Part shown: piece by piece, positions 46,176 to 56,944 of the stretch | Numbering within the stretch: position 1 is the first letter of the stretch | Layout of the letters: each line of letters starts with the position of its first letter | DNA from: Candidatus Altiarchaeota archaeon | Lineage (GTDB): Archaea; Altiarchaeota; Altiarchaeia; IMC4; SCGC-AAA252-I15 | Assembly (NCBI GenBank): GCA_043813075.1 | Contig: JBDRLL010000006.1 | Coordinates: 5,043 to 69,042, forward strand | Length of the DNA: 64,000 bases | Direction: 5' to 3' | Position numbers and translations under genes: made by a program | The notes under the pieces: model-generated | Seen by the model: the letters and a program-made list of their open reading frames with translations, nothing else | Databases searched by the model: none | What the model was told of the DNA's origin: nothing

Positions 46176-46801
46176 TACCTGTAGGTGACGCCATAAACGT
46201 ATTGGGTCTGGGAATTCTTCTTCTTGTAGTAGTATCCGTAGGCCAGGCCGAAAAGTAGGCCGCCGAGGTGGGCGTTATGCGCTATGGAACCCATTGTGCC
46301 CATCATCTCGAAGAGGGAGTAGAACACGTAGAAGGAAGCCCATATGTAGAGTGGCATGGGGAATATCAGGTTGAAGTATATGATCTGATGCGGGCGGAGC
46401 ACAACCAGCATGCCCATGACCGCGAATATGGCTCCTGAAGCGCCGACGGCAGGTATGTTTGGGGGAGGTATGTTGAACACGAGTGAAGTGAATAGGTAGG
46501 ATAGACTCGCGAAGACTCCGCCTATGAAATAGACTTTCCTGAACTCCTTAACGCCGACTATGGACTCTAGGAACGAGCCGAACATGATTATCCCAAAAAA
46601 CACGTTGAAGAAGATGTGCCAGATGTCGCTGTGCATGAACATGCTCGTGACTATGGTCCACGGGGTTTGGAGTATGCGGTCTGGTATCAACGCAAGATAG
46701 TAGAACGATAGGACTGGGAACGCTAGGGAGACGAAGAACATGAATGCGTTAGCTGCGACCAGCAATCTCACAAAATTACTCATCCTCATACCGAAAAACA
46801 T
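46169..46801 (-). CDS. rhomboid intramembrane serine protease
   Basis: PWT..TSMFMH..WHIFFN, GASG, AHLGG. Confidence 0.93.
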   Translation of the reverse strand: MFFGMRMSNFVRLLVAANAFMFFVSLAFPVLSFYYLALIPDRILQTPWTIVTSMFMHSDIWHIFFNVFFGIIMFGSFLESIVGVKEFRKVYFIGGVFASLSYLFTSLVFNIPPPNIPAVGASGAIFAVMGMLVVLRPHQIIYFNLIFPMPLYIWASFYVFYSLFEMMGTMGSIAHNAHLGGLLFGLAYGYYYKKKNSQTQYVYGVTYRYQ

Positions 46802-46811
46802 AATACACCAC

Positions 46812-47966
46812 CTAATTGTATCCAGCGTTAATCATCACGTACTCGGGAGTCATATCACACCCCCAGGAAGTCGCAGAATAACGCCCTTTGCTAAGGTTAA
46901 CAGTAACTGTTATCTCACTTGACTTTAGGATCTTCCTAGCCTGCTTCAAATCACCCATAACACCATTCTTCAGTAGGACGGCAGCACCCTTATCAGACTC
47001 GAATACTATGCTAACCTTACGATAGTCGATGCTGACGACACTGCCGATTGACGCCAGTATCCTGCCCCAATTAGGGTTCTCGCCGTAAAACGCAGTCTTC
47101 ACTAGGGGGGACGAGGCGACAGCCTTCGCCGCCTTCCTGGCTTCGACGACACTCCCACCGCCATTCACGTTGAATTCAATGAACTTTGACGCCCCCTCAC
47201 CGTCAACAGCCATCTGCCTGCACAATCCGACACATACGTTGGATAGCATGGACTTGAATAATCCCGGACTGCACTTCCTCCTCCTGTTGGACAACAACAG
47301 CACAACATCATTCGTACTCATGTCCCCGTCCACAACAGTCATGTTGAAGGAGCCGCCGACCGCGTCAGACAGAGACTTCTGCATAACACCCCTCGAGACG
47401 TCGGCATTGGTGGTTATGAAACATAGCATGGTCGCCATATCCGGCGCAATCATCCCAGCACCCTTGAGGATGCCGCCAACCTGAATCCCCTCATGCTCTA
47501 TGGAATACTGCTTGGGGAACGTGTCGGTAGTCATGATTGCCTTCGCAGCCTCGATGCTCGCCTTGCCGGAACATGACAACCTGGCGGAAGAGAACTTCAT
47601 GAGGCCGACAACCTTGTTGACATCCATTGGGCGGCCGATTATACCAGTAGATGCGACTGCTATGTTTCGGGTGTGGACGCCCATCTCGAGTGAAGCAGCT
47701 TTCATAACATCCATTGCATCTTCCATCCCATGTGAGACGCACGCGTTGGCGTTCCCGGAGTTGGCGACGACAGCCTGAAGCCCGTTCTTGACCGCCCTCT
47801 TGGAGAGTGTTACCGGCGCTGCCTTAACGCTGTTCCTCGTGAAAACCCCGACACTATCACACACCTGATCTGCTTTCACAACAGCAACACCATATTTCCC
47901 GTCCCTGACGCCGTAGGCCTTGAATCCTTCAGTGCATACGCCGCGCTTTGTTGGTTTATAATCCAC
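46812..47966 (-). CDS. argJ: ornithine acetyltransferase / N-acetylglutamate synthase
   Basis: NSGNANAC, STGIIG, IMTTDT, KGAGMIAPDMATML, DGDMSTND, NWGRI. Confidence 0.96.
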   Translation of the reverse strand: MDYKPTKRGVCTEGFKAYGVRDGKYGVAVVKADQVCDSVGVFTRNSVKAAPVTLSKRAVKNGLQAVVANSGNANACVSHGMEDAMDVMKAASLEMGVHTRNIAVASTGIIGRPMDVNKVVGLMKFSSARLSCSGKASIEAAKAIMTTDTFPKQYSIEHEGIQVGGILKGAGMIAPDMATMLCFITTNADVSRGVMQKSLSDAVGGSFNMTVVDGDMSTNDVVLLLSNRRRKCSPGLFKSMLSNVCVGLCRQMAVDGEGASKFIEFNVNGGGSVVEARKAAKAVASSPLVKTAFYGENPNWGRILASIGSVVSIDYRKVSIVFESDKGAAVLLKNGVMGDLKQARKILKSSEITVTVNLSKGRYSATSWGCDMTPEYVMINAGYN

Positions 47967-48013
47967 TGTCTATAATTATTAAGCCTATACTTGAAAAATA
48001 TAAGTTCTTGAAG

Positions 48014-49372
48014 ATGCGCGAGAAATGTGCTGTAATCGGGGTCAAAGGCAGGTCAGACGTCTTTGAAACGCTGTATAGGGGTCTTTTCGCCATGCAGCAC
48101 CGTGGGCAGGAGTCCGCAGGCATTGCAGTACAGAACGACAGGATACGCGTGCACAAGGATATGGGACTCATCTCTGAAGTCTTCAGGAACGCATACCTGT
48201 CCGGCAACATTGGCATAGGGCACGTCAGATATTCCACCACAGGCGAGTCAAAGTCGGAGAACGCCCAGCCACTGCTGATAAACTATTCCAAAGGCAGTTT
48301 CGCCATCGCCCACAACGGCAACATAGTGAACCAGGGCGAGCTGAAGCAGGAGCTCGAGTCTAAGGGCAGCATATTCATGACCACCACCGACACCGAGCTC
48401 ATAGCACAACTCATAGCCCAGGAACACGTCAGCAGGGAGAGTTTCATCGAGTCCATACAGGCGGTCATGAAGAGACTTGTCGGATCATACTCGCTGACGA
48501 TACTCCACGAGGGGAGGGTGATAGCGGTCAGAGACCCTTCGGGAGTAAGGCCACTGTGCTTCGGTCAGTCGGACGATTATTTCGTGGTAGCGTCTGAAAG
48601 CTGTGCGCTGGACACGCTAAACGTGAAGCTGGTGAGGGACATAAAGCCTTCTGAGATACTCGTCATAGGCGACACCATCGAATCGTACAGCGGGGTTAAG
48701 GACAGGATATGCCACTGCATGTTCGAATACGTGTACTTTGCGAGGGCAGACTCTGTGATAGACGGGATACCAGTCTACGAGGCCAGGACAAACCTCGGGA
48801 AGATTCTCGCGGAAGAGTCTGGCGTCAAAGCAGACCTGGTTTGCGCGGTCCCAGACTCCGGGATAACACATGCGATAGGATACGCGAGGGGCTCTAAGAT
48901 ACCCTACGGCGAATGCCTAATGAAGAACCGTTACGTTGGCAGGACTTTCATACTTCCAGAGCAGTCCCAGAGGGACGTGAGCACCAAGATGAAGCTGAAT
49001 CCCATAAGAAGCCAGGTTGATGGCAAGAGGATAATACTCATAGACGACTCCATAGTAAGGGGCACGACAACGAGGAGGATAGTCAAGATGCTTAAGGAGG
49101 CTGGAGCCAAGGAAGTGCACGTGAGGGTGGCTTCACCCCCATTAAAACACCCCTGCAGATATGGCATAGACATGCAGGTGAGCGAGGAGTTCATTGCGGC
49201 AGAAAAGACGGTGGACGAGATACGGGACGTGATAGGCGCGAAAAGCCTGGCGTACATAAGCATAGAGGGGCTTGTGAAGGCCATATGCATCAGTAAGGAT
49301 GAGCTGTGCCTCGCCTGCCTGAACGGGGATTATCCGCTGCGGGAAAAGCAGACTAAACTTACTGATGAATAA
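48014..49372 (+). CDS. purF: amidophosphoribosyltransferase
   Basis: MREK-C, QHRGQESAG, GHVRYST, CMFEYVYFAR, DDSIVRGTT. Confidence 0.97.
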   Translation: MREKCAVIGVKGRSDVFETLYRGLFAMQHRGQESAGIAVQNDRIRVHKDMGLISEVFRNAYLSGNIGIGHVRYSTTGESKSENAQPLLINYSKGSFAIAHNGNIVNQGELKQELESKGSIFMTTTDTELIAQLIAQEHVSRESFIESIQAVMKRLVGSYSLTILHEGRVIAVRDPSGVRPLCFGQSDDYFVVASESCALDTLNVKLVRDIKPSEILVIGDTIESYSGVKDRICHCMFEYVYFARADSVIDGIPVYEARTNLGKILAEESGVKADLVCAVPDSGITHAIGYARGSKIPYGECLMKNRYVGRTFILPEQSQRDVSTKMKLNPIRSQVDGKRIILIDDSIVRGTTTRRIVKMLKEAGAKEVHVRVASPPLKHPCRYGIDMQVSEEFIAAEKTVDEIRDVIGAKSLAYISIEGLVKAICISKDELCLACLNGDYPLREKQTKLTDE

Positions 49373-50417
49373 GTACCTTATAGTGGGGGTAGACCCTGGG
49401 ACGACGACTGGAGTTGCGCTCATCGACTTGAAGGGGAATCTGGTTTCTGTAACAAGCTCCAGGGACATGGGACTGTCAGGAGTCATAGAACACATAGTGT
49501 CTCATGGAGTGCCTTCCATGATGGCTTGTGACGTCAACCCCGCCCCAGGGATGGTGTCGAAACTGGCTTCAAGCATGGGCGTCGCCACATACGTCCCTGA
49601 TAAACCTCTTTCAGTGAGCGAGAAGATAGGGTTAACGCGGGGGTTAGACACTAGCGACGCCCACCAGAGAGACTCGCTGGCTGCGGCACTCAACGCCTTC
49701 ATAAAGAATAAGAACCTTTTCAAGAAGATAGAGTCTAAGGGCCTGGGTGACGATGTAAAACACATAGTGCTCCAAGGCTATTCGATAGAGTATGCCGCGC
49801 GGATATTATCCGAGCCGGAACCTGCCGTTGATGAGGGGGAAGACAGGAAGAAGTCTGTGAGGGAGCTAAGTCCCGGTGAAAAGAGGATAAGGTCCCTTGA
49901 AAAGAGAGTGAGGAACCTTTCCATAGAATTGGGTGTGAAAGACGCTGACATAGTCAGGCTCCATGAGGAGATAGCAGGATTAAAGGCTAGGAACCACGTT
50001 AAACAGGGCTTAAGAGACACGTCATCAGAGAACACCATAAGAAACCTTGAGATAAGGGTTGGCAGCCTGAAAAACCAGATAAGGCTTGAGAAATCAGTCA
50101 GAAGGATGCTGTTAGATGCTGTGAAGGGCGGTAAACAACTTGTGGGAGTATATCCTGAAGTGATAGGCGGTTACACCATCATAAGGAAAAAAATAAGGGC
50201 AAGTGACATAGAACAGGATAAAGTGAGGAGGGTATTCACTGACGTCAATGCAAACCATGAGACGCTAAGGGAAAGAGGAATACCAGTGCATGGCACAGAC
50301 AAGCTAAAGCAGGTTGACGGGATATGGTTCATGGATAAGACGAGTCTGGATGAGATGAGGAATGAAATTTCAGTCGAAGGATTGATACACGAATACAGGA
50401 ACAGGAAAAAACGCTAG
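49365..50417 (+). CDS. DUF460 family protein
   Basis: IVGVDPGTTTG, ACDVNP, HQRDSLAAA, coiled coil. Confidence 0.88.
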   Translation: MNKYLIVGVDPGTTTGVALIDLKGNLVSVTSSRDMGLSGVIEHIVSHGVPSMMACDVNPAPGMVSKLASSMGVATYVPDKPLSVSEKIGLTRGLDTSDAHQRDSLAAALNAFIKNKNLFKKIESKGLGDDVKHIVLQGYSIEYAARILSEPEPAVDEGEDRKKSVRELSPGEKRIRSLEKRVRNLSIELGVKDADIVRLHEEIAGLKARNHVKQGLRDTSSENTIRNLEIRVGSLKNQIRLEKSVRRMLLDAVKGGKQLVGVYPEVIGGYTIIRKKIRASDIEQDKVRRVFTDVNANHETLRERGIPVHGTDKLKQVDGIWFMDKTSLDEMRNEISVEGLIHEYRNRKKR

Positions 50418-50435
50418 GAGGGTGCGTGAACACCC

Positions 50436-51131
50436 TCATATTATCCCAGCAGCAAGAGCCATCAAAGCCTTCCTAGGGTCCGCGGCCTTCGTCACGCCGG
50501 AAGCTAGCAGCACGCCTATTGTGCCAAGCTTCAGCGCATCCCTCACGTCGTCGCCGGTCTTCACTCCAGCACCAGTGAGAACGCCAACACCAGGATCAAT
50601 CCCGTTGACTGCATCAACAACGCCGGTGACAAGCTCGGGCCTCGTTGTGACAGACACGTCACCCCCGATAAGGTCCGGGGGCTCGGCTGCCACGAAATCA
50701 GGCTTCAATGCGGCGATAGCCTTCGTCTCCTCAATCGTCTCGTCATTAGTCTTCTTGCCGGAGCAGACTATGCTGGTCAGACCCGCCTCACGGGCGGCCT
50801 CGACCCGTGCCCTGATGCCGTCCAAGTCGAGCTTGCGTTCTGAATGGCTTATCAGCGTGCCGACAGCGCCCGCCTGCTTGACTGCCTCAGGCATTATCCA
50901 GCCAGTACTGCTCCCATACTTGACAGGGTCTATGTGCTGGGCGAATACGGGTATGCTCACCGCGTCTGCGATGGTCTTTATGTCCGTCGGCTGGACCGCC
51001 ACTATGATGTTTGCGCCGGTCTCTGCCGCGACTTCGTCGCATATCTTAGCCAGGGCTAGGGCTTTACCGCCTGTCGCCTCAGCGTACGTCTTGAAGTTAA
51101 CCACAATGCTCTTGCTCAAGTCAACTGCCAT
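50436..51131 (-). CDS. tpiA: triosephosphate isomerase (archaeal type)
   Basis: VNFKTY, AQHID, HSE, AEPPDLIG, GAGV, LLASG. Confidence 0.96.
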   Translation of the reverse strand: MAVDLSKSIVVNFKTYAEATGGKALALAKICDEVAAETGANIIVAVQPTDIKTIADAVSIPVFAQHIDPVKYGSSTGWIMPEAVKQAGAVGTLISHSERKLDLDGIRARVEAAREAGLTSIVCSGKKTNDETIEETKAIAALKPDFVAAEPPDLIGGDVSVTTRPELVTGVVDAVNGIDPGVGVLTGAGVKTGDDVRDALKLGTIGVLLASGVTKAADPRKALMALAAGII

Positions 51132-51162
51132 TTTATCACCTTCAATAGATTAGATTAACAAG

Positions 51163-52320
51163 TTAAATCTTATCTGAAGCAAGCTTCTTATAGACTTCAA
51201 GCGTCCTGCCCGCGATAGCATCCCAGTTGAATTCACTCCTCGCCCTGCTGACGTAGGAGGGAAGCCTTTCACTGGCAATGCCGCCTTCAACGATACCCCT
51301 CACTCCAGCGAGTATGGAGTCCATGCTGGTGTCTGGAAGCTCCTCCACCACCCCGCACTTGTCGAGTATGTCCCGCATGCCACTCTTTCTCTGCGCTAGG
51401 ACAGGAATCCCTGATGACAACGCCTCCACCAGGCTAAGACAGAAACCCTCCACCTCGGCGGTGTGCACCAGAAGGTCTGCCGCATTATAATAGTAGGGTA
51501 GCATGTCCTCGGACACGAAGCCTTTGAAGAAAACGTTCTTAACGCCCATCCTACCGGCAAGTGACTTCATGCTATTCTCGAGAGGCCCTCCGCCACATAT
51601 CAAGAGCTTATAGCCGCCCAATAACGCCATTGATTTTATCAGCGCAGCCAGGTTCTTACGCTCCTCAAGCCTGCCGACAAAGAGGAGTATCTTGTCGTCG
51701 TGTGAGAGTCCCAGCCGGTCGCGTGAGTCGTGCCTGTCTCGCGGCTTGAACCGCTCTGTATCAACGCCGCTGTTGGTGACCGTTATGCTGGATTCTGCAA
51801 TGCCATAGTCTTCAACAAGGCTTCTGCGAGTGTATTCGCTCATGGCTATGAAGTGCCGGGATGACTTGAAGCTCATCCTCTCAAGGCGGTCCCTGAGTTT
51901 ATAGTAGAATAGATTGTTCATCATCCCGGTCGAGGAGTTGCCCCCGTTGAGTGAGACGAAATCCATTTCCGCCTTCATCGTATGGTGCACTGTCTCCAGC
52001 TTCCGTCCTGAAAGCATGAATCCCATACCAGAGCTGCTGTGTACAATATCGTATTCATCAGCCAGCTTACCGTACTTACGGTAGATGCTGTATCCTGACG
52101 ACGGGAAACGGAGTCCAGGCAGGTCTATGAAGCCGACCCTATCAACGCTGACGCGCTCGTCGATCGGAACTTCAGAACGGATGTGCTCCTTCTTCTTGTC
52201 AGGAACGACAACATCATACTCGACCTTGCCACAGAGCCTGGAGGTTATGTTGTATGCGTAAACGCCAGCCCCACCCCGTATGAACGGCGGGTACTCGTCT
52301 GTAGCGAAAAGAACGCGCAT
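51163..52320 (-). CDS. GT4 glycosyltransferase
   Basis: EYPP..GGAG, FVGRLEERKN, EGFCLSLVEA. Confidence 0.9.
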   Translation of the reverse strand: MRVLFATDEYPPFIRGGAGVYAYNITSRLCGKVEYDVVVPDKKKEHIRSEVPIDERVSVDRVGFIDLPGLRFPSSGYSIYRKYGKLADEYDIVHSSSGMGFMLSGRKLETVHHTMKAEMDFVSLNGGNSSTGMMNNLFYYKLRDRLERMSFKSSRHFIAMSEYTRRSLVEDYGIAESSITVTNSGVDTERFKPRDRHDSRDRLGLSHDDKILLFVGRLEERKNLAALIKSMALLGGYKLLICGGGPLENSMKSLAGRMGVKNVFFKGFVSEDMLPYYYNAADLLVHTAEVEGFCLSLVEALSSGIPVLAQRKSGMRDILDKCGVVEELPDTSMDSILAGVRGIVEGGIASERLPSYVSRARSEFNWDAIAGRTLEVYKKLASDKI

Positions 52321-52326
52321 GGTAGA

Positions 52327-53454
52327 CTATTGGAGTTGTTTTTTTAATAGAATCAATACCTTAGAGGCCGCGATATCCCACGTGAAATACTGTTCGACCC
52401 TGCTCCTGCCAGCTGAACCCATCTCCCTTGAAAGCCGGTCGTCTGAAAGCAACTCCTTGATCCTACCGGCAAGGGCGTCAACATCCCTGGGTTCCACCAG
52501 AAAACCATTCACCCCCTCCTCAACAACCTCCACGACCCCGCCGGACTTGTAGGCCACTACTGGCTTCCCGCATGCCCCAGCCTCCGCCAGCACGATGCCG
52601 AACCCCTCCCGCGTGGAAGGCAGGACCAGCAGGGTGGAATTCTTGATTTCACGTATAACATCATCATTATCCAAGACTCCCATGAAAGACACGTTATCCT
52701 CGAGTCCCATGTGAGAGGTCATTGCCTCGAGTTTCCTGCGCTCAGCCCCGCTGCCCACCACCTTCAACGTGACGCCAGGGAATTCCGGGATAATCATTCC
52801 GAATGCGCGTATAAGGTCGTCAACATGCTTGTGGGATATGAGCCGTCCCACGAATATTATCGACTTCTTCACAGGGGCCTTTACATTGAGCGAGTCGACG
52901 TAAGACAGGTCAACGCCGTTGGGGACGATATTGATCTTATCCTCGCTGACGCCGTACTCGTGGACGAGGATGTTGCGCGTGCTTAAGCTGACCGTCAGTA
53001 TCCGGTCATAGGGGATTTTAAGGAGAATCCACTCCACAATACCAGCCAGCCAACCAGGATACTGACCGCTCCACTCATTACGATAGACGTCATGGACTGT
53101 TGCGAAGAGGGGCACGTCCCTGAACCGGGTTGCGATGAATGCAGGTATCAGGGGGACGTACGTGTTGGCTTCTATTGCGTCGAAACTGTTCTTAAGCAGA
53201 TAGTATAACGCAGACAGCATGTAGTGGGCGAACTGTATTACGTTGCGTTTAGGAGGGTTTCTCACGCGCGGGCCAATGTGGACGACGCGGACACCGTCGA
53301 CTTCCTCCGCGTCTTCAACGCCGCGCAACCTCATTGACAGTATTGTGACATCCACACCATCCTTGACGAGCCTTCGGGCTATCTCGTGTATCCTGACCTC
53401 ACCGCCTCCCTTGACGTGCGGGAAGTTAAAATCAGTGAGCACGCACAATTTCAT
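52327..53454 (-). CDS. GT4 glycosyltransferase
   Basis: GGGE, FVGRLISHK, EGFGIVLAEA. Confidence 0.9.
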   Translation of the reverse strand: MKLCVLTDFNFPHVKGGGEVRIHEIARRLVKDGVDVTILSMRLRGVEDAEEVDGVRVVHIGPRVRNPPKRNVIQFAHYMLSALYYLLKNSFDAIEANTYVPLIPAFIATRFRDVPLFATVHDVYRNEWSGQYPGWLAGIVEWILLKIPYDRILTVSLSTRNILVHEYGVSEDKINIVPNGVDLSYVDSLNVKAPVKKSIIFVGRLISHKHVDDLIRAFGMIIPEFPGVTLKVVGSGAERRKLEAMTSHMGLEDNVSFMGVLDNDDVIREIKNSTLLVLPSTREGFGIVLAEAGACGKPVVAYKSGGVVEVVEEGVNGFLVEPRDVDALAGRIKELLSDDRLSREMGSAGRSRVEQYFTWDIAASKVLILLKKQLQ

Positions 53455-54566
53455 TTTCCAACTACACCCTCGTATACTTTAAGCACCCTTTCACCCACCT
53501 TAGTCCAGTCGTATTCGCCGAGGAACGGGGCTCCCGGAGTCACATCGCCAGCAAGAGCCTGCTTTATCTTTGAAGCCAGGTCAGACACATCCCCTGGAGT
53601 GAATAGGAGTCCGCCGACCCCGCCACGCGTAGCCTCCCTAAACGGCGGTATGTCTGACGCTACGTAAGGTACCTGGAGGGCCATCGCCTCGACGAGCGTT
53701 ATGCCGAATCCTTCCACACTGCTGGGATGGCAGTAGACGCTGGAGGATTTCATGGCTTCAAGCACGTCAGCATGACGCGGTATGAATCCCTTGAAGTCTA
53801 TGGAGTCTGACACACCCAGTTTTTTCGCTAGGGACTTTAGGTTCTCCAGTTCAGGGCCTGTTCCCACGAGGACTAGCCTTGCCTCAGGGTATTCCATCCT
53901 GACTATCGGAAGCGCCTTGATAAGGTCGTCGACGTGCTTGTACCCAACCAGGCGGGATACGCAGGATATTACCGGAGCGTCCTGCCTGAGTGCCTTCGCA
54001 TTCTGGCACTGCTTCAAGTCAACGCCATTATGCACCACGGTTATGTCTCCACCTGCAACGCCGTTTCGGACAAGTTTTTCCCGCGTATACTCGCTAACAG
54101 AGATGTATTTATCCCACTTTCTCGATAGGACATACCGCTCAAGCATCTCACCCAATATGCCGGAAAATCCTACGTTGCCAACCCACTCGCCCAACCACAC
54201 GTCATGGTAGGTGGCGACACGCCTCCCGCAGCCCGACCGCCATGCAACGGGGTAGGTCATGAAGCTTGAGCCGTCCACTATATCATAACTTTTCGCACTT
54301 ATCTCCCTGATCGCATTCCTCATGAACATGAACCGCTTGGACAACGAGGAGGCCTGGGAGTACTCCACCTCAGGTCCCACGCGGACGACGCTTATGCCGT
54401 TGAACTCTGCCTCGCGCTCCAGACCATTTTCCAGTAGGGTGTAGACTGTGACGTCGTTTTTCTCGGCGAGGTTCTTCGCGACATGGAATGCCCTGGCCTC
54501 CACGCCTCCGCGGACTTCGCAGTCGCTTGTGTGGGGGAAGAACTCGCTTGTTATCGCAATGTCCAT
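53451..54566 (-). CDS. GT4 glycosyltransferase
   Basis: GGVE, SRLVGYK, EGFGITLVEA; likely ATG at 54566. Confidence 0.9.
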   Translation of the reverse strand: MDIAITSEFFPHTSDCEVRGGVEARAFHVAKNLAEKNDVTVYTLLENGLEREAEFNGISVVRVGPEVEYSQASSLSKRFMFMRNAIREISAKSYDIVDGSSFMTYPVAWRSGCGRRVATYHDVWLGEWVGNVGFSGILGEMLERYVLSRKWDKYISVSEYTREKLVRNGVAGGDITVVHNGVDLKQCQNAKALRQDAPVISCVSRLVGYKHVDDLIKALPIVRMEYPEARLVLVGTGPELENLKSLAKKLGVSDSIDFKGFIPRHADVLEAMKSSSVYCHPSSVEGFGITLVEAMALQVPYVASDIPPFREATRGGVGGLLFTPGDVSDLASKIKQALAGDVTPGAPFLGEYDWTKVGERVLKVYEGVVGK

Positions 54567-54612
54567 GTGTTTCAGATTACACATAAATCTAGGAACTTAT
54601 ATAACAACCTTG

Positions 54613-56895
54613 CTAGAGGCAGTTGACGTAGAATACTTCAACCCCGTTGTTGGATGGTTCAACAGACTCCTCCTTCAACACCTCCAGCCCATCGTTCCTG
54701 CCGCTCGCGATGTTGTAGTTGTGGTAGGGGTACTTCCTCTCAAAAGTGAATTCAACGGGCTTCACCTCACCCTTCTCGAAGAACACGCTCCTCTTGTCTA
54801 ATGACTCCACAATCATCTTCTGCATCATCTGAGACGCAGTCAAGTCGACCAGAAGCAGGTCTATCCCATACTCTCCAGCATCGCCCGTGTTACGGAACGC
54901 CACTGTGCCCTTGAAACCCCAGCCGCCGTCACCGAGAGGGTAAGCCCGCATGCTGCAGTTGGATATGTTACCGATATCGGCTGGAATCACATATGCGGCG
55001 TCCTTCAGCTCGTTGGCTTCGAATGAATCATTAAGAGCATACGTTTGCATGCCATGTTCGCCGACAATATCGAGCTTCAAGCCGGCCTGCCTTCCGTCAC
55101 CGTAGTTCTGCATTACCGCCCCAACCACAACACCCCTGCCCTTACCAGCACCCAAGTCCGGTGAGACTTCATACAGCATCAACTCCACGCCAGTATACGG
55201 GTCGACCTCGCTCTTAACCAGCCTGAAGTATGCTGGGTCAGCCATCCTGTGCCTCAGCTTGTATACCGCGAGATGGTCGGCCAACTCCACAGGGGGAACC
55301 TGGTCAGGCATCATAACAAGGCCGCCCGATATCGCGTATGCCATCCTCCCCTCCTGGTTGACGACATTGAAGTTTAGGCTGTTTATCATGACGTGAGTCA
55401 CCTTGCTACGGGATAGGGCAATTGCGGCGGCTTTTTCAGGCATCCACAACGAATCGTGGATGTTCTTCCGTATTACACCGGGGTTAGAGACGGATTTCAT
55501 TCCTGACAGGGATTCGAGCATGTACCCCCTATCCCACCTTGTCAGCACCCTGCCATCCACGCCCTGCACGCCAAGCCAGCGGTAGAACTGGTATTCCGTG
55601 TCATATCCTATCCTACGAGGGTCCGAGTCCATGACGTACATGGCGTTGACAGTAAAGCTTGACAGCACAAGCAATGATAGTATAGCAAGCTCCCGCCAAT
55701 GGCCTGCGAGCTTCCATGAAGCTGCGACAACACCGAGTGAGGCCAGTATGAACACGTTCTGGAAGCTCTCCCGCGTGTCAAGGGAATCGTATGCGTAGAC
55801 AAGGCAGGGCACTGCAATCACCAGAAGGACGATCCATAGTCCGCCAACATTGTTTCTCTTGAGTGCTTTTGCCATTGGCTTGCCCGCCCATGACAGCAAT
55901 GCCTTCTCAGACTCCAGCCAGGAGGTTATGACGTGGCCAGCCAGCATGCAAACGCCAAGGTCGGATATCCTCGTCCCCCTGTCGAATATGAAGGCGAGCA
56001 TGAATCCGGTGAGCGTCAGCGTTATGCCGATAGTATCACGCCTGCGGACTGCGATGGGGATTGCAAGGGGGATTAGGAAGAGGAGTATGTTGTTCCTAAG
56101 CCAGAAGTTGCTCGGCTCGATGGGCTTCACGTCCGCACTACCATAGCGTCCCTGCGGGAGGGACTCCAGCATATTTGAGATGTAATGGGGCACGACCGTC
56201 AACCCGGCGATGACTATGACGACCGACACCATTGCTATGTAGGCGGGATATATTCTCGCAAGATCCTTCTTCTTTACGCGCCCACTGAACAGATGCTCGA
56301 CCACGAAGTAGCCGACGTATAAGCCGGCGACACCAAGGCCGACATAGATACTCTCGTTGATGAACATTGCAGGATAAATTATCGCAATGAATAACACGCC
56401 CCAGAACAGCCTACCCCCTCCTTTGGCTTTCACCGCCTTGACCACGCAAAAAAGAGCGGCTGCTATCAGAAGCAGCTGGAGGTGATCGTGGGTGAAGCCG
56501 ACGAGAGACAATGCGAGCGGCTCTATCATTGACGTGTATATCATAGCGGACGCGAACGCGGCCTCGCGTCCATGCTGCTCCCTGACTAGGTAATATATCA
56601 TGAGCCCTGTGAGCGACGCTAGCAGCGTGCTTAGGAATACGATAGCGTAGAAAAGCTGGTTCTCTGGGATGATGAAACCCAGAGCCTGGAGCAGCCATAC
56701 GGTAGGGTCCATCAGCTCGTATGCGGGCAGCAGGGTGCCCTTAGCCACCCCATAGTAGAACCATGTTTCCGTGTGGTTGACGGAATGCCAGCCGTATTTC
56801 GTGAAGAAAAGCAGGTTAAGCACCGTCCGTAGTATCACCCCAGATAATAGTATGATGAACGCCTGCCTCCTGCCGTCAGACCTGAAAAAATCCAT
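54613..56895 (-). CDS. divergent AglB/STT3-like GT-C transferase
   Basis: Multi-TM N-terminal part plus soluble domain; ETWFYY, FTHDH, SADVKP and VLTRWDRGY sit where DPxY, DHH, TIxE and WWDYG are expected. Confidence 0.6.
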   Translation of the reverse strand: MDFFRSDGRRQAFIILLSGVILRTVLNLLFFTKYGWHSVNHTETWFYYGVAKGTLLPAYELMDPTVWLLQALGFIIPENQLFYAIVFLSTLLASLTGLMIYYLVREQHGREAAFASAMIYTSMIEPLALSLVGFTHDHLQLLLIAAALFCVVKAVKAKGGGRLFWGVLFIAIIYPAMFINESIYVGLGVAGLYVGYFVVEHLFSGRVKKKDLARIYPAYIAMVSVVIVIAGLTVVPHYISNMLESLPQGRYGSADVKPIEPSNFWLRNNILLFLIPLAIPIAVRRRDTIGITLTLTGFMLAFIFDRGTRISDLGVCMLAGHVITSWLESEKALLSWAGKPMAKALKRNNVGGLWIVLLVIAVPCLVYAYDSLDTRESFQNVFILASLGVVAASWKLAGHWRELAILSLLVLSSFTVNAMYVMDSDPRRIGYDTEYQFYRWLGVQGVDGRVLTRWDRGYMLESLSGMKSVSNPGVIRKNIHDSLWMPEKAAAIALSRSKVTHVMINSLNFNVVNQEGRMAYAISGGLVMMPDQVPPVELADHLAVYKLRHRMADPAYFRLVKSEVDPYTGVELMLYEVSPDLGAGKGRGVVVGAVMQNYGDGRQAGLKLDIVGEHGMQTYALNDSFEANELKDAAYVIPADIGNISNCSMRAYPLGDGGWGFKGTVAFRNTGDAGEYGIDLLLVDLTASQMMQKMIVESLDKRSVFFEKGEVKPVEFTFERKYPYHNYNIASGRNDGLEVLKEESVEPSNNGVEVFYVNCL

Positions 56896-56944
56896 CTTAT
56901 AGTGTATAGATTATCTCCAGTTTAACATAAGACTGTCTTATACG

